From: Octopus sinensis
Taxonomy: Eukaryota
Length of the DNA stretch: 64,000 nucleotides
Assembly: GCF_006345805.1 (NCBI RefSeq)
Contig: NW_021835469.1
Coordinates: 1 to 64,000 of the forward strand
Direction: 5' to 3'
Of the stretch, positions 55,030 through 64,000 are shown piece after piece. The notes beneath the pieces are model-generated. The model was not told the origin of the DNA. It worked only from the letters and a program-made list of their open reading frames with translations, and did not search any database. The translations under genes and the position numbers were made by a program. How positions within the stretch are numbered: the stretch's first letter is position 1; the number at the start of each line of letters is the position of its first letter.

Positions 55030-56072
55030 GTGTGGCTATGCTGGAGCACTGCCGTTTTGCTACACTGTTATGATTGAGATCTTCCTCTAATATGCGTCAT
55101 TTGGTAAATAATGGAGTTTGATGTCGCTACCCTCATTTGCGCATTATGTGGCGGGGTGGGTACATCTGAGACTCTCGGCAGGAACATGTCAAGTTTTGAT
55201 TTGAAAACACCTACATCCAATTTGTATAGGTCCCTCAGGCTCTTTGGGAGAATATTAAAAAGATGTGGGCCCGTGAAACTTAGGCTATTGCAATAACTGG
55301 TCCTGAAGCGCGATGGCATTGATTGAATCATTAGCATCGTTCTGGCATTTGTGTAGCTTTCAATAATAAAATAGAGCACAATTAATTCCAGGATCTTCCA
55401 GATGTATATTACTGCATACTCCTCCTGCCTTCGTTCCGGATAGTAGAATCTTAGCAGATTCAGCCTTTCCCAGTAGCTGTTGCAATGAGACGATCTTCTC
55501 TGTGAAGTTTCGCTGGATTTCTTGAAGGTCCAACTATAATTTTACACTGTCGGGTGAGCATAGCTGAGAGCAGCAATCCAGACGGCGGAGGACAACCTTC
55601 CTCTAGGCGACCATCATCGTTTCTTTCTCTCTGGTTCTGAACGTTCTCAGGGTCCAACCAGCTAGTCATCTGCACTTTGTCGCCATCCTGGTAATGTTCA
55701 CTTGGAAAGAGGTATCCTCACTCATGTCGATACCCAGGTCCAGCTCTGATTTAGACTAGTGTACCTTGTACGTTCTATATTACGTTTTGGACGCTGGAAG
55801 TGCATGGCTTGGAATTAAAGTGCTTATTATTGACCTCAAATCATCTGTAATTTGAGTTCAACTCCTGCTGTAGGTGTGCAACTTCGCTGGGGTTGTGTAT
55901 TTTCTGCGAGACTTTCGTAACGTCTGCGTAGCTAGCAAGAATGGCGATCCGGGCATATCTGAGGAAGCTACTATGAAAAACAGTGGTCCCAAGACAGTGG
56001 CATGTAGAATACCACTCACTATCTGCGTTTACTTTGGCCACTACTGCCTGGTATCTATCTTCCAGAGAGTCC
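55030..56072 (-). mobile_element. Decayed CR1/L2-group LINE 3' fragment (different family)
   Basis: ASYADVTKVSQKI..LQQELN, SLSFTGPHLFNILPKSLRDL..FKSKLD.FL..VSDVP. Confidence 0.8.
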
Positions 56073-56121
<49 letters not shown>

Positions 56122-56173
56122 TCTTTTACTCTTTTACTTGTTTCAGCCATCCGGCTGAGGCCATGCTGGGGCA

Positions 56174-56272
<99 letters not shown>

Positions 56273-56444
56273 TGTGTTTTGCTAGAAAGAGGTAGAAACT
56301 GATATCAGTCCGAGATGTAAAGTTATTGGTAAATGTTTTCGATTTTTCACTCTCGATAAATTTATCCCCTTTTTGTGTCCCCAGCACTTGACATCATTAT
56401 TTAGGAGCCCTTAATTATATTTCTACATGAATAATAGTTTTCTA

Positions 56445-56764
56445 TTAGCTATTTGATACAGAAACTGTATCCATATAACCTTCGAATAAGGGTGGTCAGT
56501 CGCTCCACACTACTTGATCGACAGCTACAGACGCATTTCGGGGTATTGCCCCTTGTCAATGTAGCGTAGTCAGACCAGTAGGTGTCGCTTCCGACTATCT
56601 CTGTTCGAAGGTTTTATTTACCTAGTTTCGGTGGAATACATCCACTTGTTTTCAATAATAGAAATATTAAAATTACTAAGTCTCTCTAAAAGAGAACACC
56701 GCACTAATATATGATATATTTGTTCGAAGGTTATATGGATACAGTTTGTTTATCAAATAGCTAA
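56445..56764 (-). mobile_element. 320-bp non-coding element with 45-bp terminal inverted repeats and an internal HHR
   Basis: ttagctatttgatacagaaactgtatccatataaccttcgaataa (56445-56489) and its near reverse complement (56720-56764). Confidence 0.8.
56524..56565 (-). ncRNA. Minimal type-I hammerhead ribozyme, U3-A8 core, apparently intact
   Basis: Minus strand: GCTACA-TTGACAA-GGGG-caata-CCCC-GAAA-TGCGTC-TGTAGC. 6-bp stem I, 4-bp stem II, GUC cleavage triplet. Confidence 0.8.
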
Positions 56765-57027
56765 CTTAAGGCGATGGCCTCATGGAGCTAATAAGCGGAC
56801 AGCTTTATTCTTATTTTTATAAGAATGCCATATTAGTATGGCGATAACTATTAATTTCCAGGAACGCTTACAAAAACACACGCGTACACACATACACACA
56901 TACACAAGCATATGCACATGCACATGTATGCTTATTAGCAAGGACAATAGAGTGACGAACAAGTTATATTGCATAATATTACAATTGTTTTATCGACATT
57001 TTAACAGAACAATTATTAGCAAGGACA

Positions 57028-57058
<31 letters not shown>

Positions 57059-57132
57059 CATACACACATACATACATACATACACTCAATTCTATCTCTC
57101 TCTGAATATATATATATGTATAAATATATATC

Positions 57133-57413
57133 ACCGTGATCATCGTGACTGACCAGGCTATCAGATGTTGTTACAAATCGCTGGTCACAATGCGCTTCGC
57201 ATTGTTTTAGCCTTCAAATGACGCTAAGCGAGCAGGCCAACAGTAGAAAGAGTGAGAGAAAGTTGTGGCGAAAGAGTACAGCAGGGATCGCCGGAGCCTC
57301 GTGGAGCTTTAGGTGTTTTCGTTCAATAAACACTCACAACGCCCGGTCTGGGAATCGAAACCGCGATCCCACGACCGCGAGTCCGCTGCCCTAACCACTG
57401 GGCCATTGCGCCT

Positions 57414-57415
<2 letters not shown>
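57133..57415 (-). mobile_element. tRNA(Arg)-like SINE
   Basis: Minus-strand head ggcgcaaTGGCCCAGTGGttagggcagcggacTCGcggtcgtgggatcgcGGTTTCGATTCCcagacc has A and B boxes, no acceptor-stem closure, and continues into a SINE body. Confidence 0.8.
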
Positions 57416-57458
<43 letters not shown>

Positions 57459-58536
57459 GATATATAGACAAAATAGAGACAGATATCTACTATAAACCGA
57501 GAGACTCTAAACAGTACCTACCCTTTGATTCATGCCACCCACGACACACTGGAATGAATGTCCCTTTTTGTTTAGCTAGAAGGATTTGCACCATAATATC
57601 AGACACAAACACCCGACACACACGTCTCCAGGAACTTAGAACCACACTCACAAATAGAAACTATCCACAGCCCCTAATAGACAGTGCAATCCAACGGGTA
57701 CTTAAATTAAGTATAGAAGACCTGAGACAAACAAAACCAAAAAAGAAAGAACAATTAAAAACCCTTCCCTACATCTCTACACACAACCCACTCAACACCA
57801 TACTACAAAGCACAGTCCTACTAAAGGGAGACCCAAAGATGAACCGGATCCTCGAAACACACACCATCATTAAAAGTAAACGGCAACCAAAATCCTTGAA
57901 AAGGATTTTAACCCAAGCTACACTGCACTCAACATCAACCACAAAACCAGCAGTTAGAAACTGTGGAAGGCCCAACTGCGGAATCTGTGTCATCTTGAAA
58001 GAAGGATCAGAATTTATACTGGAACAAGGCCACCAGTTCACCATTAGAACAAACTTCACCTGCGCATCAGAAAACTTAATTTACGTCATAACATGCGCAG
58101 GCTTCAATAGGCAGTATATAGGCCATACAAAAAATAGCTTACGTAACAGGATGGCGGTGCATAATCACAAATTAGAAACCCTGATTACCGCAAAATACCG
58201 GTCAGCGGACACATAGATAGATGTGCTGGAAATGTAAATCCGAAATTTACAACTAACCCGCTCTATAAATTCAGTGACAACGCAACCTTCACACAACGCC
58301 AAAATAAAGAACTATATTTCATAAAAAAATTTAGACCAAGTTTAAACACCCTGGGCCAGGAATACTAAAACAAAAGATAAGTCCTCCGAAAAGGAGAACC
58401 AAATTTCACCACGGCCGCTACTTCAAACAGACACTCACTCTGACGGAAATATGCCTTAGTAAAAAAGGAAAAAAATTCTTTCGTGCAAATCTGACCCTGA
58501 TACATACGATACAGCTAAGGGTCAGACCCGATTCTG

Positions 58537-58930
58537 ATTGGTCAACAAGTTGATGACGTCTAGCTCTGCTAGAATGGACAGGATACAAACAGGGGACAGT
58601 CATTAGTCAGAATATTGATGACGTCCTTTTCTGCTTGAATAGTCACCTAACAAGTACAGACAGGGGGCAGATCTAATGTAGCTATAAGTCGTGATTGGGC
58701 AGAATCTGGATGACGTCCCGCTATGCTTGACTAACGAAGCGACTGGTCAAGACAGGAAACAAACAGAGGGAGTTATAATGCAGCGATTGGTCAAAATAAT
58801 GATGACGTCCCGTTCCACTGGTTAAAGCCACCTAACGAAACGATTGGTCAAAACATTGATGACGTCACGCTACGCTAGATTGACCACCTAACAGCATTAT
58901 AAAACTGAGCATTTCACAAAAACTCACTAG
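58537..58930 (+). promoter_or_regulatory. Five ATTGG-N12-TGACGTC modules plus TATAAAA and TCACT Inr
   Basis: Modules at 58537, 58602 (ATTAG), 58694, 58786 and 58843. TATA at 58898; TCACT at 58924. Confidence 0.7.
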
Positions 58931-59240
58931 AACCACCCAGCGAACTTCCACCATGGGTCATCACAATTGCTTAAGGTAAAAATGAATTCCTCGCTCTTTC
59001 GGAAACATCAATCTTCTGTATTGACCGCTTTCCACCACTTTGATCTGTTGTTTGTATTGAATACGTATCGCCACCGTGGGTCACTGCATCGAACACTTTG
59101 AACATATACTTCAAACTATATATCAACTATACATGAACTATATATCAACTATACATGAACTCTAAGATGTCTGACTCCGTTGTGTATTATAAATGAATTT
59201 CTTGTGTTTGACGGCATGAGCTGTCTCTTTTTATATATAA

Positions 59241-59285
59241 CTTTTTTTGATAAGGTTCATTTCAGGAACTGAAACATGTTATAAT
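59241..59285 (+). ncRNA. Minimal hammerhead motif (U3-A8) at the PLE 3' end
   Basis: TTGATAA-GGTTC-atttcag-GAACT-GAAA-CATGTT. Stem III is palindromic (ACATGT); stem I is weak. Confidence 0.6.
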
Positions 59286-59444
59286 GTATATATAAAAATT
59301 AAAAATTGTATAATACAGCAGCATTTTCGAACTTCATTTTTTATAATATAGATATATAATATATATATATATATAATATATATAGATATTATATATATAT
59401 ATATATATAATATATATATATATAATATATATAAATATCTATTA

Positions 59445-59545
<101 letters not shown>

Positions 59546-59589
59546 AAACAAGTAAAAAATAGAAAATGCTAAAATAATTTCATAGTGAA

Positions 59590-59637
59590 CATTTCAGTAC
59601 CGGTTTCGGTCATTTTGAGACCTTTTCAACTGTAATG
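59590..59637 (-). ncRNA. Minimal type-I hammerhead ribozyme, U3-A8 core (left arm)
   Basis: Exact reverse complement of 59866-59913. Confidence 0.78.
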
Positions 59638-59865
59638 ATTAAATAATTAAATTTAGAAAAATTAGAAGAAAAGTTTTTTAAAAGAATATTTCTATAGTAG
59701 TGTTCAGATTTAAGTGGCATTCTGCCTTTCTCTGACTCCCTTGTTTGCACTTGTGTTTCGAACACGAGTCAGAGAAAGGCAGAATGCCACTAAATCTGAA
59801 CACTACTATAGAAATATTCTTTTAAAAAAACTTTTCTTCTAATTTTTCTAAATTTTATTATTAAT

Positions 59866-59913
59866 CATTACAGTTGAAAAGGTCTCAAAATGACCGAAAC
59901 CGGTACTGAAATG
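59866..59913 (+). ncRNA. Minimal type-I hammerhead ribozyme, U3-A8 core (right arm)
   Basis: CATTACAG-TTGAAAA-GGTC-tcaaaat-GACC-GAAA-CCGGTA-CTGAAATG. Palindromic stem III (ACCGGT), GUA triplet. Confidence 0.78.
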
Positions 59914-60034
59914 TTCACTATAAAATTATTTAGCATTTTCTATTTTTTACTTGTTTTTTCATATATATCAACTCGTGTGTTCCTTTTCACCCTTATACAT
60001 ACATATATATATATATATATATAATATATATATA

Positions 60035-60158
<124 letters not shown>

Positions 60159-60411
60159 TACATACATGCATATATATATATATATTATTATATTTATATA
60201 TATACACATATACATATTTACACGCATCTACAGCGTACATGTGAAAGAGCAATCCGAACGAATCTGGTAATAGTTATACGTTGTCTATAGCGATAACTTT
60301 GTAACAGCTATTGAAGCAATAATACCTCAAACAAGTTTTTCAACATTGGAAGCAAACCTAATTGAACGATGTGATGCATAACCTAATGGTCGGGAGAGGA
60401 GACGTGCCTCC

Positions 60412-60469
60412 TATATAACCAAGGGCAAATTATTTCACTGTAATTACCACAAAAGATTTGAAGGTAAGA
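60412..60469 (+). promoter_or_regulatory. Candidate TATA, Inr, short exon and splice donor
   Basis: TATATAA at 60412, TCACTGTAATTACCACAA at 60435, AAG|GTAAGA at 60464. Confidence 0.4.
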
Positions 60470-60749
60470 TATGTTTACTGTATGTATGTGAAACATAATT
60501 AACATTTACTATAAAACAGAAGCAATGAGACGTCACGGCTCATGTATGAAGAAATATAACATCGAAGAAGTAGAATATATATGCTCTATGATGGCAGGCT
60601 ACCATAGCATATATATAAATATTGTAAATGCAACGAAACAGCTACGGAAGCAGATGGCATATTTTGTTGGCTCATTTCATAACGATATCGCTTTTAAAGA
60701 GCATCAGGAGAGCGTCTGATTTCAATGGGAGATGGTTCGATTTTCTATC

Positions 60750-61065
60750 TGTAATTGAAAACCATAGACATCAAATCACTGACACGCTCATCTCTTAAAT
60801 ACTTCTTACGCACTCGTCCTTCGCCCGATCCTAGCATTACTTCACAACGCCTCTTAAACGCTTTAGGATTTCTTTCGCTGGAGAATTTTATATACATTTC
60901 TGCGGTGTCACGATGGGGTCGCGAATGGGCCCCAATTATGCCAAATCTTTGTAGGCCATATTGAAGAGCAAATCTTCGCTCATTTCTCGCGAAAATTACC
61001 GGAGCTGTATGTTCGTTGAATTTACGATTGTATCGGCGCCACCACAGTTAGAAGACATCACCTCA
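60750..61065 (+). mobile_element. Decayed Penelope-like RT fragment
   Basis: TIDIKSL, LKYFL..RPSPDPS, GVTMGSRMGPNYA.., GHIEEQIF, IYDCIG (YIDD relic). Confidence 0.8.
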
Positions 61066-61090
61066 GGAAGTGTATGTGTATGCGTGTGTA

Positions 61091-61166
<76 letters not shown>

Positions 61167-61968
61167 TTTTGCACAGACAAGTATGCCAATTTATTCAGCA
61201 ATCCTAATAATGTGGAAGAGAAAATATTTCCCACAGATGAAATAGACGCTTCTGGCACAATGTAACAAAAGGTAATTACAGTATCTATGCAAATCTATAT
61301 TTCATTTTCTTACTAAAAATAATGGCAGTTTTTACACATCATTTGATACTTACTATTCTATAAATAAATTGAATTCATCTAAAATCATTGATGGTGAAAA
61401 TTGCAAAAACCTATTGATTTGTGTGAGACTATATTCCTGTGAGTAGGGGTGGACATTGTGAAACACGTCTGATTTGACATGACCGATTAAATAAATATAG
61501 CAAAATCTCATATAACATTGAAAAGATGTCAGATATTGGTTGTAAGTTGGAAGCCTATTAAAATGGTGATACGAGTGAGATGATTATTATTTTATTAAGA
61601 TTAATATAAAGGAAATATAAAGAGAATAAAAAATATAATTTCACGAAATGTAGAGATTTTGTAAACAGTCAAGATATCTTTAGAAACAGAATAAGTATGC
61701 CGGTGAATGTTATTCAGTTTTTCTTGTAGGAGATTGATAGGTATTTCATCAAATTTGCAATTAAAAGAATTTGTTTAATCTCTGTGTAATTATTCCCGGT
61801 ACAGTTTATAATTAACTAGTTTTGTTTTGGATCTAACTGTTATGAAAAACTTGTGTATTCTATATTAGGATATTAACTGTCAGTAACATATGTTTTGTTT
61901 AGGTAAAAAAATATTCTATCATGACTTGAGTAGAATAATTAAGATATCACGAAGTACATCTTTAACAG

Positions 61969-62220
61969 AAAGAATATGTATACTTTTAGGGTGTGTCTTT
62001 CTTGAAATTATATAGTTCAGTTTGTAAATGGTTTCAAAAACAAAGATTTGTAATATTCACCAGAAGGTATTAATAACTGTCCCAAATATTCACAGATGTG
62101 TATTATGGTCGTTGGATTATTTACAGGGTATAATATGCAAAGTTTGCACCAAGTGTGTATGAATCGCGTTAACATGCGATACTTGCATGTATGAGATCGT
62201 TATACGAATACGACATTGAT
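61969..62220 (+). pseudogene. Possible decayed secreted Cys-rich (ShKT-like) peptide exon
   Basis: After acceptor ctttaacag: RICILLGCVFLEII/(frameshift)VQFVNG-FKNKDL*YSPEGINNCPKYSQMC../(frameshift)DYLQGIICKVCTKCV*IALTCDTC. Confidence 0.3.
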
Positions 62221-63639
62221 TAAAGGTTTAGAAAAAGTATAGTTTTACTCAATGGTCAGACCTATTAAATATATTGGATGTTATATCAGGAATTAACAAA
62301 GGAAAGTATTTAAGAGGATGGTTGTACGCAGAATGCAAATTTTCTCCCATCGTTTTCTCTTTCTCACTTTCTCTCTCTCCCAACATCTCACCATGTTTAT
62401 GTCTATTCCTATTCTTACGAAACACAGACTCCTGTAAAATCTTTCTAGTTCTAGTTCTCTGCGACGTGTTAATTTCACCACTAACATAATACCTCTACTC
62501 AGCGAGTCTACATTTACTTAGTGCGTATATGTAAACAAACAATTCGCTTACTTATGTTTCATTGTGCTTAAATATACAGAACGGCAAAAAGGTACCCTGT
62601 TAATGTAAATGTGTCCAAAATTAAGCTTAGGAAACATGTTTATTATTTTGTAGATTTTAATATAAATATGTAAAACTACAGTTTAATAAATTCAATCACA
62701 CATTGTATTTTACTTTATCACTAAGGTTTAGTATTACTCGTGCCTTAAACTAATGGAATTGATACATTTTCCCATAAGTTTATGCATGAAATCCTTTTAC
62801 AATTTAAATTTTGTCCTTTAATTCCACTCGCAGTTTTTCTTTAACGTCTTTTAAAAATTATCACATGTATCTAATTTCAATATTTCTTATAGAAGCTTTC
62901 ATCGCACAGTCGCTGTTACGTAAAAGTTGCATTCTTTGTTTTTAATTTTAACGTACTCTAACTTTTAAATTCACTGCCATCTCTTTTGTTCGTTATTCTT
63001 TTTGCGAAGTTTTCTTTGTTCTCCCCGTCCACTTCCACCGTCTTTCTATTCCATTTTCTAACATAACTATAAAACCTTAACTCTTGCCGTAAACTCATTT
63101 ATATATTCAATAAATTTATTTGTGTTTAATTGTTGCTTTTATTTTCGAATACAATATGCATTGTTTTTTTCAGATAACCTCTTTTTACATATTTAATCTA
63201 AATTGAAATCTTTTTTGTATAGATCTACATTTCTACATGTAACTTTCTCAGGTTCCATGTCTCTTATGAGTAAAGATGAGTAATGTTTATATTATTTCGG
63301 TAGCATTTAATGGTATGCCATCCTGATAATTACAGTTTTAGAATATAAATTCTCCCAGTCAAATCAGATTTAAACGGTTATTCGAAGAGTTACTAAATAA
63401 TAATAATAACTACACTGTATGTAGATACATATAAATAGATATAAACCATTGTACTCTCCATCGATGTTCCAACGAAAACATCTTAAACTTAGTATGAAAT
63501 TTGCAAATCGACCATAATTCTTAACATGAAAATACGTTTTAAGAAATTTTCCAAAGAATATATAGTGATAAAAGGAAAATATAATAACAGGGTAATTATA
63601 ACTTTGGTATTACGTTCATGTATTACGGTTTCAGTCAGC

Positions 63640-64000
63640 TTGAGGGTGAGCTAGCAGATTCGTTAGCACGCAGGACAAAAAGCCTCGTGGCATTTCGTCC
63701 GTCTTTGCGTTCTGAGTTCAAATTCCGCCGAGGTTATCTTTAAATTTCATCATGTTGTTGATAAAATAAGTATATGTTATGTACTGGGCTCCATGTAATC
63801 CACTTCACCTCCCAGAGAATTGCATTTCCTTGTGCCAAAATTTGAAAGCATTATGTGTACCAGATGTGTAAGGCAGAGTTCTTTCAGAAGCAGAAATGCT
63901 TAGAAGCATGTCGCTCAATTTTATGTTCATATTTGAAATTACCCGAGATAAACATTGCTCTTCTTCCTTTCCGATCAACAAAATAAGTACCAGTGGCTTG
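63640..64000 (+). mobile_element. Two tandem tRNA-derived SINE copies (63640-63850 and 63870-end)
   Basis: gagctagcaga.tcgttagcacg..cgttctgagttcaaattccgccgagg..gataaaataagta. The second, more decayed copy ends in aaataagtaccag. Confidence 0.75.

Larger units (their letters stand above)
57489..59345 (+). mobile_element. 5'-truncated Penelope-like element (RT thumb, GIY-YIG, long 3' pLTR-like region)
   Basis: YLPFDSCHP.H, NVPFCLARRICTI, RNYP, CGRPNCGIC, FTCASENLIYVITC..QYIGHT..LRNRM..H (ORF 57554-58216, frameshifted end at about 58367). Confidence 0.93.

Noticed and set aside
57345-57415. Possible tRNA-Arg gene (also tRNA-like heads at 17745, 21069, 48215, 52737)
   Set aside because: No closed acceptor stem or terminator; each continues into a SINE body.
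58537-58870. Repeat-spacer pattern resembling a CRISPR array
   Set aside because: Repeats are degenerate, the intervening parts are related to each other, there are no cas genes, and the context is a eukaryotic retroelement. A promoter array fits better.

Overview
AT-rich, microsatellite-dense eukaryotic DNA with no intact host protein-coding gene that I can support. The SINE and LINE families look like those of a cephalopod (Octopus-like); this assignment is inference from recognition, not a search. The window is a nested transposon graveyard. It holds seven mariner relics, three CR1-type and two Tx1-type LINE fragments, two R4/Dong-type LINEs inside (AAT)n tracts, a probable hAT shell, about eight tRNA-derived SINEs, and Penelope-like element (PLE) fragments (GIY-YIG and RT). 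The strongest unexplained signal is a set of about 10 minimal type-I hammerhead-ribozyme (HHR) motifs in at least six unrelated short repeat families. Many sit in foldback arrangements, and four families use a compensatory U3-A8 core. One family combines a tRNA-like Pol III head, a microsatellite and an HHR tail, suggesting a PLE-mobilised SINE. A PLE 3' region carries a five-copy CCAAT-N12-CRE array with TATA and Inr. More speculatively, two similar TATA-Inr-splice-donor modules 31 kb apart each precede decayed signal-peptide and ShKT-like cysteine-rich sequence. All alignments and folds were done by eye, and boundaries are approximate unless TIRs or TSDs are quoted.
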